Positions 1 through 10,202 of a stretch of 64,000 bases of DNA are shown in pieces; the stretch's first letter is position 1; every line of letters begins with the position of its first letter. This stretch comes from an uncultured Defluviitaleaceae bacterium (GTDB taxonomy: Bacteria; Bacillota; Clostridia; Lachnospirales; WRBF01), in NCBI GenBank assembly GCA_964533945.1, contig CAZHPA010000004.1, positions 15,180 through 79,179 on the forward strand, in the 5' to 3' direction. The position numbers were made by a program, and so were the translations under genes. The notes beneath the pieces were generated by a model. The model ran no database searches, was not told where the DNA came from, and was given only the letters and a program-made list of their open reading frames with translations.

Positions 1-3000
1 GACGTTGCAGCTGGCACTGGCACAGACCCTGCTCATCAAGGAAAAAGCATTTCATATGATGTTATGTATTCAAATGCAACAACAGGGGAGGCTTACAGCC
101 TTATAAAAACAGTTGCAGGAGAAGAAGGTGCCGACCAATCATTAACATTAAATAATTTCCAGCTTGCTAAAGGAAGCATATATAAATTTAAAGCCGAACC
201 ATGGCATATTCATACCATAGAAGGGCAAAACGGAGGAACTACACAAGCAGTTCGCATTACCCCAACTTTAAAATCGCAAGAAGCATTGTACTTAACAGAT
301 ATTAGAGTTTCTGCCGAAGGTTCTGGCAATATGTTAACAGTTAAATGGGACAATCCAACTCTTGATGGAGAAGATATTTTTAACGGATACAACATATATT
401 ACAGACCACGAGGAGCAACTAAATTCGGAAACCCTGTTCGTGTTGAAACAAAAGCTGTTAAAATTCCCGGAAAACCAAATGAACTTCAATATACTATAAC
501 AGATAACGGGCTTCAAGTTGGAACTTTTTACGATGTTGCTGTTGAACCTACTATTGATAACATGGAAGTGCGTGGAGGAGACAGCAATACACCTATAACT
601 CAATACAAAAGTTATTATCTTGCATACACAAGCCAACGCAATAGATATTATATGACAACAGAAGCCAAAATTAAAATTTTACTTAGAGCAGAAGAAGTTG
701 GAAGCGAAGTTGTTCGCCTTTTTTGGAGCAGCCTAAGCAATAACGTAAGCGGCGGATTAAGTATGTATCCTAAAACTATAGAAGTTTTTGAACAAACAGA
801 TGGAGCGCCAAGAGCGGAATCAGTTGGTATATTGCAAGGCGATTTTGCAAGAAATACTAACTTTTGGTACGTTAAGCGTCCAAAAGCTATAACCGAATAC
901 TATTTGGTAGTTACTTATGACTATATAGACCCCGTTACCGGTAAAAATGCAACGCTTGATTCTGAAAAAGCAGCATTTAACCCAACATTTAATGATTTTT
1001 CACCATATAGACCAAAAATTACTTCTATTTCAGATAATGGAATTATACCGCTTAAAATTGACGTTGATTGGCTTGCGTTTACAAGAAAACCTTATAATGA
1101 AGCTGAAGAAAAAGCAGCCGTTGCAGAAGATATATATATTGACAAAAACGTTTCATATGATATTTGGGTAACAGACAATTTAACATTTATGGACGACCCA
1201 ACGTTTATTGCGCTTAAAAAAATTACAACCGCCGAAGGTGTTAACATGACGGTTGATGAAAAAGTTGATGAATTAACAGGCAATAAGTTTTATGTATTTA
1301 GCACTAAAACAAATACTAGCATTGTTTTAGATAAATATGTTACAAGAACACGGCTTCCTGATGGAACTAACACCCCATATGAAGTTAAGCCTTTAGAAGA
1401 AAATAAAGTGTATTACGTTAGAATACAAGCTACTAGGTCTTCGGCAGGTTCGCAAACTTCCCAGCCGTCAACATCATCTATATATATTCCGCCTCTAGGA
1501 AGCATTCCCGTTAACCCGGTTATGCTTTCAAGCCCTCCTTTGCGTGTTAAAGAAGATGGTGTTAAAGTTGAAGGCGGCGTTGCCACAATAGACATAGAAT
1601 GGGAATCACGCTGGTTTGAAGCATACGACCCCCAAACTGCAACATGGCATTCAAAAGTTGGTTTTGATGCAAATAAAAAGCTTGTTTTTGGAAATGTTAA
1701 AATGGAAGAAGTTGTTTTGCCTGTTGCACTTTCAGAAATTGAAGGTGGAGTTAATGTTGAAAGAATTAAAACCCAGCTTGCCCAAAAGCTTGGGGCAACA
1801 GTTCCTATTAGATATTTAGATTTAACAGGCGCAAGTTATAGATTGCATGTTGCTCAATATGATTATATATCGCAATTTAAAGATAATTCATATAAAGGCT
1901 ATGTTAATTCAATTAATTCAAACCCTAACGCTTGGTCTGGAATTACTTTTGGAAATATAGCTCAACCGCTTTTTGAATATACAATTACTACTGAAAACGT
2001 TCCTCAAGCCGGGCCGCTTAAATTAAATACGGCATATGTAATATTTCTTCAACCTATCGTTGGAACGACTGCTGCATACTTTCCATCATATGTGTATGCA
2101 ACAACTTCAAACGTTCTTCCGCCGCTTGTTATAATTCCAACTGTTCCAAATTTAGAAGATGCATCAAAAGTTGCCGTAACAAATGCAACAGGAACAGAAG
2201 GCGGGGTTGAAATGAACGAGCCAACAACAGACGGAACAGCTACCGTTAGGTGGGAATTTTCAACCGACCTTAATTACGAAATAGCATATAGCGATAAGCT
2301 TACAGACTACCCCGATTCAGGAAAATTAATTCCTGTAACAAAACAAAATATAACTACACGCCAAGACCCAAAAACTAAAGTCGACTACTATTACATGACT
2401 ATAAGAGACTTGTTCCCAAATACTCAATATTACGTTTGGATTCGCTCGAAAGCCGGAAATATTAATTCGGCTTGGTCAAATGTTGTTTATACAAGTACAA
2501 AAGATATAACAAAACCTTTCCCTCCAAATGGTTTGGGTGTTGTTTCTAAAGAAAGTCTTAACACTTACAATAAAGAAAAAAGCACAACATACACTCCTGT
2601 TAATTCCGATTACTTTATTTTGGAATGGGTTAGAAATGCGCAAGACAAAGAAGTGCCAACTTCACCCGGAACAGCAACAGGCGGAACAGCAACAGGGCTT
2701 TTAAGCAATTTAATTCCAAATTCGTATTTAGGAATGTTTAGCGAACTTACGCCAAACAAAACGTACTACGCACGTGCCAAAACTATATATACCGTTTCAT
2801 TAGGTGGCGGCAATGCAGCAGGAGGAATTAAAAGAACCTACAATTACGTCGTTCAAATTTCATTAACTAAAGATTTTGCAGAAGTTATTGAATTAACAAT
2901 TCCTGTATTAGAGCAATTCCAAGAAGGGGCAAGCAATTTTAGAAGGCTTGAATCGGATTGGTCTTCTGTAATTAACGTTATAACAGGCAAAACCGATTCG

Positions 3001-4197
3001 GAATATGATGGCGACAAAGACGAGAGAGCGTATCCGCTTCCTATTGAAGACTATGAAATAACTTTCGATTACACAACAAATACGTTAGTATATAGATTTA
3101 GAAGCGACAAAAAAGACGCAAGCGGAAATAAAGATAACGGCGTTGATGCAAGGTTTATTTCAAATCTTGTTAAAAACAAAACTATGGTATACACATTAGA
3201 CTTAAGTAAATATCAAAGTATAACGCCTGTTAACCGCATAGTTGAACTTCCATATTCTATATTTAATGCACTTGATGAACGGAAGATAAGCTTGCAAGTT
3301 AAAGCCGACAACTTGAAGTATACACTTCATCCGGGAAGCATATATACATCCGAAATTAAGCAAATTAACGACGTGGGCAAAAATGCTATAGTTAAATTAA
3401 GCTTTAGTACGTATTCACCAGATACACCAAGCTTATATGCCGGTGAAGTTTATTCTTCAAAACCTCACAAAATAGCAATGCAGCTTACAACGCCAACACG
3501 CAACGTTAATATAGAAAACTTGGCAAAAGATGCAAAAGTAGAACTTGCAGTTAACTATGAAGCCGTAAAAAACAACGCAAACACAGCAACATATTTGGCA
3601 AACAAAAATACAGCCGGCTGGGAACGCGTTAATTCAGATTACAACAGCGCTTCAAACTCAATGATAGTTAACACTAAAAAACTTGCAAGCTACGGCATTA
3701 TTACAAAAAATACTCCAAAAGGCATTATTGATGACGAGTACAGAGGCGCAATAGATAATGTTATGAGCAAAATTGCAATTACAGATGCTGCTAGTTTTGA
3801 TACAGAAGCCCCTGTTAATGCAAGCAGATTTAATAAAATTATTTCGGCACTTGCAACAAACAAAAAAGAAATTGCTATGAATGCTCCACTTACAGATTCT
3901 GAATTTAAATCACTTGGAAAATCGGGCATTTTAGTTAGTGGTTCTCAAGTTTCTAAAGAAGCAGGCATTAATTCTCTTGTTAAATTATATGAATTGAAAA
4001 ATTCGCCTGTTAAAAACTACCCTAACGACAGCCCAAAAACAGTAGGCTGTGAACCTAAATATAAATCCGGTTTATTAAAAGCCGAAAAGCTTGGGTTTTT
4101 AGATGGATATAATAACACTTTCGACCCAAAAGAACTTTTAACAACAGGGGAAATGTTTAAGTTTTTAAATTATATTATTGAAGATGCAGGACTTTAA
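1..4197 (+). CDS. Large cell-surface protein with repeated fibronectin type III-like modules and a C-terminal SLH-like segment; 5' partial because the frame is open to base 1
   Basis: Frame 1 has no stop from base 1, so the ATG at 64 is internal. There are repeated Fn3-like signatures (GYNIYYRP, YYVWIRSKAGN, YYARAKT). The C-terminal AEKLGFLDGYNNTFDPKELLTTGEMFKFL resembles the second half of an SLH domain. Confidence 0.6.
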   Translation, partial: DVAAGTGTDPAHQGKSISYDVMYSNATTGEAYSLIKTVAGEEGADQSLTLNNFQLAKGSIYKFKAEPWHIHTIEGQNGGTTQAVRITPTLKSQEALYLTDIRVSAEGSGNMLTVKWDNPTLDGEDIFNGYNIYYRPRGATKFGNPVRVETKAVKIPGKPNELQYTITDNGLQVGTFYDVAVEPTIDNMEVRGGDSNTPITQYKSYYLAYTSQRNRYYMTTEAKIKILLRAEEVGSEVVRLFWSSLSNNVSGGLSMYPKTIEVFEQTDGAPRAESVGILQGDFARNTNFWYVKRPKAITEYYLVVTYDYIDPVTGKNATLDSEKAAFNPTFNDFSPYRPKITSISDNGIIPLKIDVDWLAFTRKPYNEAEEKAAVAEDIYIDKNVSYDIWVTDNLTFMDDPTFIALKKITTAEGVNMTVDEKVDELTGNKFYVFSTKTNTSIVLDKYVTRTRLPDGTNTPYEVKPLEENKVYYVRIQATRSSAGSQTSQPSTSSIYIPPLGSIPVNPVMLSSPPLRVKEDGVKVEGGVATIDIEWESRWFEAYDPQTATWHSKVGFDANKKLVFGNVKMEEVVLPVALSEIEGGVNVERIKTQLAQKLGATVPIRYLDLTGASYRLHVAQYDYISQFKDNSYKGYVNSINSNPNAWSGITFGNIAQPLFEYTITTENVPQAGPLKLNTAYVIFLQPIVGTTAAYFPSYVYATTSNVLPPLVIIPTVPNLEDASKVAVTNATGTEGGVEMNEPTTDGTATVRWEFSTDLNYEIAYSDKLTDYPDSGKLIPVTKQNITTRQDPKTKVDYYYMTIRDLFPNTQYYVWIRSKAGNINSAWSNVVYTSTKDITKPFPPNGLGVVSKESLNTYNKEKSTTYTPVNSDYFILEWVRNAQDKEVPTSPGTATGGTATGLLSNLIPNSYLGMFSELTPNKTYYARAKTIYTVSLGGGNAAGGIKRTYNYVVQISLTKDFAEVIELTIPVLEQFQEGASNFRRLESDWSSVINVITGKTDSEYDGDKDERAYPLPIEDYEITFDYTTNTLVYRFRSDKKDASGNKDNGVDARFISNLVKNKTMVYTLDLSKYQSITPVNRIVELPYSIFNALDERKISLQVKADNLKYTLHPGSIYTSEIKQINDVGKNAIVKLSFSTYSPDTPSLYAGEVYSSKPHKIAMQLTTPTRNVNIENLAKDAKVELAVNYEAVKNNANTATYLANKNTAGWERVNSDYNSASNSMIVNTKKLASYGIITKNTPKGIIDDEYRGAIDNVMSKIAITDAASFDTEAPVNASRFNKIISALATNKKEIAMNAPLTDSEFKSLGKSGILVSGSQVSKEAGINSLVKLYELKNSPVKNYPNDSPKTVGCEPKYKSGLLKAEKLGFLDGYNNTFDPKELLTTGEMFKFLNYIIEDAGL

Positions 4198-4203
4198 AAA
4201 ATA

Positions 4204-4229
4204 CCTCGCCTATAATGGGCGGGGTTTCT
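4204..4229 (+). terminator. Weak putative intrinsic terminator after the surface-protein gene
   Basis: CCTCGCC / GGCGGGG 7-bp stem (one G-U pair) with a 7-nt loop, followed by TTTCT. Confidence 0.35.
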
Positions 4230-4234
4230 AAGTA

Positions 4235-4263
4235 TTGACAATTATTCTCATAACTTATATAAT
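4235..4263 (+). promoter_or_regulatory. Consensus sigma-A type promoter upstream of the chemoreceptor gene
   Basis: TTGACA (4235-4240), exactly 17-nt spacer, TATAAT (4258-4263). Confidence 0.6.
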
Positions 4264-4320
4264 TCCAATTAATATTAAAGCAGAAGGAGGAGCTGTTGTT
4301 CGTCTCAATGGCATATAAGT

Positions 4321-6849
4321 ATGTTTAAAACTATTAAAGCTGAAATTATGATACCAATAATTACGCTTACTACGGTTTCATTGCTTTTAGTTGGAGGTTT
4401 ATTAACGTTTTTCGGCTATAGAAGCACTGTTTCAACATTAACATCGGCTTTGCAAGATACCGTTGTTGTTGCATCGGAAATTGTTAACAAAGAACTTAAC
4501 TCATATAAAACTATCGCAAAAGACATGGGTACGCTTTTAAGACTTGCCAGCCCCGAAGCAAGCAAAGAATCTAAAGAAACCGTAATTTCTCAACGTAAAG
4601 AAATGCATGAATTTCAAAGTGTTTTTATTATTTACGAAAATCAAGAGTCTGTTTTTTTCGGAACTCCCGAAGATGGCAAAATCGACACTTCTAAACTTTA
4701 CAACGCTGCAATGCAAGGCAGAGTATACTTAACAGAACCAATTATTTCAGTAGACAAAAAAACAGCTTCAATAGCCGTCAGCGCTCCTCTTTGGGAAGGA
4801 GGAATTTATAATTCCAAAATAGTTGGGGTAGTTATTATTACATTTGATGCAAAAAAGCTTTCAGAAGCTGTAAATACAATATCAGTCGGCAAAACAGGCT
4901 CATCATATATTTTAGATAAAAACGGAACAACAATTGCACATGAAGATTATGAAAATTCTGTGTTAAGCCAAGAAAATTTAATGATAAAATCAACAGCCGA
5001 CCCAAGCTTAAAAGTTCTTGCAGAAATAGGAAGCCAAATGGTTAAGGGCATAAAAAGTTCTTCCGAATATAAATATAACGGAATTGCAAAAATATGCGCA
5101 TATTCTCCTATTTATAATACTAACGGCTGGTCTATAGCAGTTAATGCCCCAAAAGATGAATTTTTAACCGGATTTTATAATAAATTGTATGCTATTGGCG
5201 GAGTAATTGCTGTATTTATATTTATTTGCGTTGCCTTTACTATAATATTATCAAGAAGAATTTCAAACCCAATTATACTATGTGCTAAAAATATTACTTC
5301 TATTTCCGAAGGAGAAATACCAGAACCAACCCAAAAAAAATGGACAGGCGAATTAAAAGAAATGCAAAATAGTATTAACTTGCTTATTCATACATTAAGC
5401 GATATAATTGCTGTTAATGAAGAATTAAGGAAAAACCACGCCGAAGGCTATATTCTCAAGTTTATGGATTCTTCTAAGTTTAAAGGCGTTTTTAAAGAAA
5501 TGATAGAAGGAACTAATAAAATGGCAGGCGATTTAATCGACGATACCTTAGATGCAATGGAAGTTGCAACTCAATATGGCATTGGAAATTTTGAACCTTT
5601 GGTTAGAAGACATGTAAACGAAAAAGTTGTTTTAACAGAAGCGTTCGACAAGCTGCAGGATAATTTAAAAATGATTTCCGGCGAAGTTTTAAAAGCTGTT
5701 GAGGAAGCGAAAAAAGGCAATCTTTCTTTTAGAGCCGATGAATCTAAATTTAAGGCAAGTTTTAAAGAGATGATTGTAGGGATTAACCATACCTTAGATT
5801 CAATTATTGTTCCAATGAATGAAACTATTGAAGTTATGGGCAAAATATCTCAAGGAGACTTATCAGCCAAAGTTGAAGGCGAATACGAAGGAGACATTCT
5901 TAAATTAAAAAATAGCATAAACGAAACGGTTTATGAGCTTTCGTTGTATATAGGCGATATAAACCATGTTTTAGGCGAAATTTCAAAAGGCAACTTAAAT
6001 ACAGGACTTAATTACAGCTTTAAAGGGGATTTTGCGCAAATTGAAAAAGCGTTAAATAACATTGTAGAGTCTTTAAATTCTGTTATGGGATTAATTAACG
6101 AATCGTCGCAAAATTTGCAAAGCAATTCAAGGCAAATTTCCGAAGCTTCACAACTTTTAGCAAAAAGTTCAACTACACAATCAGTTGCAATTGAGGAACT
6201 AAACGCTTCTGTTGCAACAATACTTGAACAAACCGAAACAAATTCTCAAAACTCCAAAAAAGCTAGCAAAATGGCAAGCAAAACAAAAACTGCCGCTTAT
6301 AACAGCAAGAGCAGCATGGACAAAATGTTAGATTCTATGCAAGGAATTAATGAATCGTCTGAAGCTATTGGAAAAATTGTTAAAATTATAGAAAACATTG
6401 CATTCCAAACAAGTATATTGTCGATTAATGCTTCAATTGAAGCAGCAGGCGCAGGGCAATATGGGAAAGGCTTTTCGGTGGTTGCTACAGAAGTTGGCAC
6501 GCTATCCAAACGTTCTTCAGACTCGGTTAACGACACCCAAGTTTTAATAGAAGATTCAATGCAAAAAGTTTCAGAAGGTTCTGTTACTGCAAACGAAACA
6601 TCTAAGCATTTGAATAAAATTTTAGAAGACATTGAATCTGTTGCCAAAATAGTTGAAGAAATTTCTGAATCTTCAAGCCAGCAAGCAATGGCTATTGAAC
6701 AAATTTTTAAAGGAATAGAACAAATGACACAAGCAACATATTCAAATTCGGCATCTGCTGAAGAAAATTCGGCAATTGCACAAGAATTAAGCCAGCAAGC
6801 CGATAATTTGAAAAATGCAGTTTCTAAATTTACACTTAAAGCATTTTAA
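4321..6849 (+). CDS. Methyl-accepting chemotaxis protein with a periplasmic dCache-like sensor, repeated HAMP-like linkers and an MA signalling domain
   Basis: Two TM segments flank a sensor of about 270 aa. The highly conserved MCP hairpin motif IAFQTSILSINASIEAAGAGQYGKGFSVVATEVGTLSKRS is present. Internal repeats KFKGVFKEMIEGTNK / KFKASFKEMIVGINH are visible. Confidence 0.9.
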   Translation: MFKTIKAEIMIPIITLTTVSLLLVGGLLTFFGYRSTVSTLTSALQDTVVVASEIVNKELNSYKTIAKDMGTLLRLASPEASKESKETVISQRKEMHEFQSVFIIYENQESVFFGTPEDGKIDTSKLYNAAMQGRVYLTEPIISVDKKTASIAVSAPLWEGGIYNSKIVGVVIITFDAKKLSEAVNTISVGKTGSSYILDKNGTTIAHEDYENSVLSQENLMIKSTADPSLKVLAEIGSQMVKGIKSSSEYKYNGIAKICAYSPIYNTNGWSIAVNAPKDEFLTGFYNKLYAIGGVIAVFIFICVAFTIILSRRISNPIILCAKNITSISEGEIPEPTQKKWTGELKEMQNSINLLIHTLSDIIAVNEELRKNHAEGYILKFMDSSKFKGVFKEMIEGTNKMAGDLIDDTLDAMEVATQYGIGNFEPLVRRHVNEKVVLTEAFDKLQDNLKMISGEVLKAVEEAKKGNLSFRADESKFKASFKEMIVGINHTLDSIIVPMNETIEVMGKISQGDLSAKVEGEYEGDILKLKNSINETVYELSLYIGDINHVLGEISKGNLNTGLNYSFKGDFAQIEKALNNIVESLNSVMGLINESSQNLQSNSRQISEASQLLAKSSTTQSVAIEELNASVATILEQTETNSQNSKKASKMASKTKTAAYNSKSSMDKMLDSMQGINESSEAIGKIVKIIENIAFQTSILSINASIEAAGAGQYGKGFSVVATEVGTLSKRSSDSVNDTQVLIEDSMQKVSEGSVTANETSKHLNKILEDIESVAKIVEEISESSSQQAMAIEQIFKGIEQMTQATYSNSASAEENSAIAQELSQQADNLKNAVSKFTLKAF

Positions 6850-6884
6850 ACATCTTAAACATCTTAAAATGAAGGAGAAATTTT

Positions 6885-8072
6885 ATGTACAGTCCACTTG
6901 AAGTTAGAAAAGATATATATTGGGTAGGTGCATTAGACTACCACATAAGAACATTTGACATTGTTATGTATACAGAATATGGAACAACATACAATTCGTA
7001 TGTTGTTAAAGGAAGCGAAAAAACGCTTCTTGCAGAACTTTCAAAGGAAAGTTTTTATCATCAGTTTATAGCACGCCTTGAAGCTGTTGTAGACCCAAAA
7101 AGCATTGATTATATTTTAGTTAGCCATGCAGAACCAGACCATTCGGGAACGCTTTATAAGCTTTTGGAATTAAATCCTAATGTTAAAATAGTTGCAACGC
7201 CAACTTGCATTAAGTTTTTAAAACAAATTGTTAATAGAGATTTTAATTCAATTCCAGTTAAAAGTGGAGATACCTTAAGCCTTGGCGACAGAACACTAGA
7301 ATTTACAACAGTTCCGTTTTTGCATTGGCCAGATACACTCTATTCATATTCAAGAGAAGACAAAACGTTGTTTACATGCGATTCTTTCGGCTGCCACTAT
7401 TGCGATGAAAGAGTGTTTAACGACCAAATAACAGGCGACTTTTTAGAAGCATATAAATATTATTTCGATAACATAATGGGTCCTTTTAAGCCATTTGTTT
7501 TGGAAGCAATTGATAAAATTAAGCACTTGGAAATTGAAACGATTTGCAACGGTCATGGCCCTGTAATTAGAACAAATCCTGAAAAATATATTGAAATGTA
7601 TAAGCAATGGGCAACCGTTTCAAAGCGCGAAAGAAAAAGCGTTGTAATTCCATACGTTACATCATATGGATACACTAGGAAAATTGCAGAAAAAATAGCA
7701 GAGGGTATTAAAACGGAAGCCGATATTGACGTTTTTGTATTTGATTTAATTAAAGCTGATAAATCGGAAGTTATGAAAGAAATTAACGAAGCAAGCGGCT
7801 TGCTTTTTGGTTCGCCAACGCTTGTTGGAGATGCGCTTCCTCCTATTTGGGAAATTTTAATATCCTTAAACCCAATTATTCACAAAGGTAAAACAGCCGG
7901 AGCATTTGGCTCATATGGCTGGAGCGGAGAAGCTGTGCCAAATATTATAGAAAGACTTAAACAATTGAAGTTCAAACTTCCGCTTGAAGGGCTTAAAATT
8001 TGCTTTAACCCATCAGAAGCAGAGCTTCAAAAAGCGTTTGAATTTGGCAAGCAGTTTGCAAAAGCGCTTTAA
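6885..8072 (+). CDS. FprA-family flavodiiron protein (metallo-beta-lactamase-like domain plus flavodoxin-like domain)
   Basis: HAEPDHSG di-iron ligand motif, about 395 aa, C-terminal flavodoxin-like half (VVIPYVTSYGYTRKIAEKIAEG). SD AAGGAG lies 7 nt upstream. Confidence 0.85.
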   Translation: MYSPLEVRKDIYWVGALDYHIRTFDIVMYTEYGTTYNSYVVKGSEKTLLAELSKESFYHQFIARLEAVVDPKSIDYILVSHAEPDHSGTLYKLLELNPNVKIVATPTCIKFLKQIVNRDFNSIPVKSGDTLSLGDRTLEFTTVPFLHWPDTLYSYSREDKTLFTCDSFGCHYCDERVFNDQITGDFLEAYKYYFDNIMGPFKPFVLEAIDKIKHLEIETICNGHGPVIRTNPEKYIEMYKQWATVSKRERKSVVIPYVTSYGYTRKIAEKIAEGIKTEADIDVFVFDLIKADKSEVMKEINEASGLLFGSPTLVGDALPPIWEILISLNPIIHKGKTAGAFGSYGWSGEAVPNIIERLKQLKFKLPLEGLKICFNPSEAELQKAFEFGKQFAKAL

Positions 8073-8179
8073 AACTTTTAAACTTGAAACAACAAAAACT
8101 GTTGTGCTTGGCAATATTTTAATTTATAATTGTTTTGGGAATTTTAAGTAGTTATAAATTAAAAGGGGTTGTTGTTTTA

Positions 8180-9376
8180 ATGAAAATATTAGTTTTAAAT
8201 TGCGGCAGTTCATCTTTAAAATATCAATTAATTGATATGACAGACGAAACTGTTTTAGCAAAAGGGCTATGCGAAAGAATTGGAATAGATGGAACAAAGC
8301 TTAAACACGAAGCCAAAGACAAGGAAAAATTTGAGGTTTGCAAAAATTTAGAAAATCATAAAGAAGCAGTTAAGCTTGTAATTGACGCTTTGCTTGACGA
8401 AAACCACGGTGTTATTAAAAGCATTGATGAAGTTAAAGCTGTTGGTCATAGGATTGTTCATGGCGGCGAAGCTTTTAAAGATTCAGCTATAATTGATGCT
8501 GAAGCTATTAAAAAAATCGAAGACTTATGCGAACTTGCACCGCTTCACAATCCGGCAAACTTAACAGGAATTAACGCTTGCATTCAATTAATGCCAAACG
8601 CTGCTCAAGTTGGTGTATTCGATACAGCATTCCACCAAACTATGCCAGAAAAAGCATTTTTATATGCAATTCCATACGAATTTTATAAAGACAGCAAAAT
8701 CCGCCGCTATGGCTTCCACGGAACAAGCCATAAATACGTTAGTGTAGAAGCAGCAAAGGTTCTTAATAAACCAATCGAACAATTAAAAATTATAACTTGC
8801 CATTTAGGAAATGGGGCAAGCATTTGTGCAATTAACGGCGGAAAATCTGTAGATACATCAATGGGCTTTACGCCACTTGAAGGGCTTGTTATGGGCACAC
8901 GTTCTGGCGACATAGACCCTGCAATTATTGCGTTTATTGCTGAAAAGAAAGGTTTAACTGCAAAAGACGTTGAAAACATTCTAAACAAAAAATCGGGCGT
9001 TCTTGGCATTTCGGAAGTTTCAAGCGATTTTAGAGACATTGAAGCTGCAATTGAAAACGGAAACGAACAAGCTAAAATAGCACTTGAAGTTTTCTACTAT
9101 CGTGTTGCAAAATATGTTGGCTCATATGCTGCCGCTTTAAATGGCGTTGATGCAATTGTGTTTACGGCAGGCTTGGGAGAAAACAGCTCTGCGGCTCGTG
9201 CAAAAGTTTGCAGCTATTTAACATATTTAGGCATTGAAGTTGATGACGCTAAAAATAACGTGCGTGGAAAAGCAACAGTAATTTCAAGCGATAATTCAAA
9301 AGTTGCTGTTTTAACAATTCCAACAAACGAAGAGCTTGTCATTGCAAGAGATGCAAAAATGCTTCTTGACAAATAA
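8180..9376 (+). CDS. ackA: Acetate kinase
   Basis: N-terminus [17 protein letters not shown] plus [10 protein letters not shown] and [10 protein letters not shown] motifs. I chose the ATG at 8180 (SD AAAAGGGG) over the ORF-track start at 8135. Confidence 0.95.
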   Translation: MKILVLNCGSSSLKYQLIDMTDETVLAKGLCERIGIDGTKLKHEAKDKEKFEVCKNLENHKEAVKLVIDALLDENHGVIKSIDEVKAVGHRIVHGGEAFKDSAIIDAEAIKKIEDLCELAPLHNPANLTGINACIQLMPNAAQVGVFDTAFHQTMPEKAFLYAIPYEFYKDSKIRRYGFHGTSHKYVSVEAAKVLNKPIEQLKIITCHLGNGASICAINGGKSVDTSMGFTPLEGLVMGTRSGDIDPAIIAFIAEKKGLTAKDVENILNKKSGVLGISEVSSDFRDIEAAIENGNEQAKIALEVFYYRVAKYVGSYAAALNGVDAIVFTAGLGENSSAARAKVCSYLTYLGIEVDDAKNNVRGKATVISSDNSKVAVLTIPTNEELVIARDAKMLLDK

Positions 9377-9415
9377 TTTCCTCAAACGTATAATTAACGC
9401 TATAGGCTTTAACGA

Positions 9416-9445
9416 GAAACGGTTTTTTGCCGTTTCCGTTTTGCC
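9416..9445 (+). terminator. Putative intrinsic terminator after ackA
   Basis: GAAACGG-TTTTTTG-CCGTTTC hairpin followed by CGTTTTG. Confidence 0.45.
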
Positions 9446-9477
9446 TTACGCCTTTTCAATCAAAGGAACGGTATAAT

Positions 9478-10005
9478 ATGATATTTAACGTAACCGAAAC
9501 TTTAGAAAAAGTACCGGTATTTTTTTGCGAATATGTTTCGCTTCCCAAAAATGGAATTATTGCAGATGAAAAAGCAAAAGTTTATGTTTCGGGAACAATT
9601 CAAAACTTAAATAGCTGTTTTTTGTTTGAAGCAAAAGCGGAAGCAAATATAACATTTTGTTGTTGCAGATGCTTGAAGTTATGCAACCAAAGTTTAAGCT
9701 TTAATATTTGCGAAAAGTTTTCAAAGCTTTCTAATAGCAAAATTCAACAAAACCAAGAAGAACTGGAAGAAAACGAGTTTTTTGTTTCAGATAACGATAC
9801 AATTAACTTAATGCCGGCAGTTGAAGCAAATCTTTTAGTAAACTTACCTATGACAGTTTTGTGTAATGAAAATTGTAAAGGACTTTGCCCTATTTGTGGG
9901 CAAAATTTAAATGAAACAAGTTGCAATTGTAAAATTACCGATGAACGCTTTGCAATTTTGCGCTCATTAACGTTTGTTGATAACGAAAATAACGAGGAGG
10001 TGTAA
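9478..10005 (+). CDS. YceD/DUF177 family protein (the conserved gene upstream of rpmF)
   Basis: Position directly upstream of rpmF. C-terminal CKGLCPICGQNLNETSCNC motif typical of DUF177. ATG at 9478 follows AAAGGAACGG. Confidence 0.8.
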   Translation: MIFNVTETLEKVPVFFCEYVSLPKNGIIADEKAKVYVSGTIQNLNSCFLFEAKAEANITFCCCRCLKLCNQSLSFNICEKFSKLSNSKIQQNQEELEENEFFVSDNDTINLMPAVEANLLVNLPMTVLCNENCKGLCPICGQNLNETSCNCKITDERFAILRSLTFVDNENNEEV

Positions 10006-10008
10006 AAA

Positions 10009-10191
10009 ATGTCAATTTGTCCAAAAGGTAAAACTTCAAGAGCAAGACGCGATAAAAGACGTGCACAAACATGGAAAATTTCAATGCCAAGCCTTGTTGC
10101 TTGCAGCAAATGCAATGAACTTATGAAATCTCATAGAGTTTGCAAATTTTGCGGAACTTACGATAAAAAAGAAATTATAGCTATGGACTAA
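10009..10191 (+). CDS. rpmF: 50S ribosomal protein L32
   Basis: 60 aa, PKGKTSRARRDKRRA N-terminus and a CxxC...CxxC zinc-ribbon pattern. Confidence 0.95.
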   Translation: MSICPKGKTSRARRDKRRAQTWKISMPSLVACSKCNELMKSHRVCKFCGTYDKKEIIAMD

Positions 10192-10202
10192 GAGGTGGTT
10201 TT

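Noticed and set aside
8135-8179. N-terminal extensions in the ORF track (also 9427, 23807, 27198, 43172, 45980, 53093, 53737 and 63042)
   Set aside because: In each case a downstream start codon has a properly spaced Shine-Dalgarno sequence and yields the canonical family N-terminus. The extensions read through leaders or terminators.
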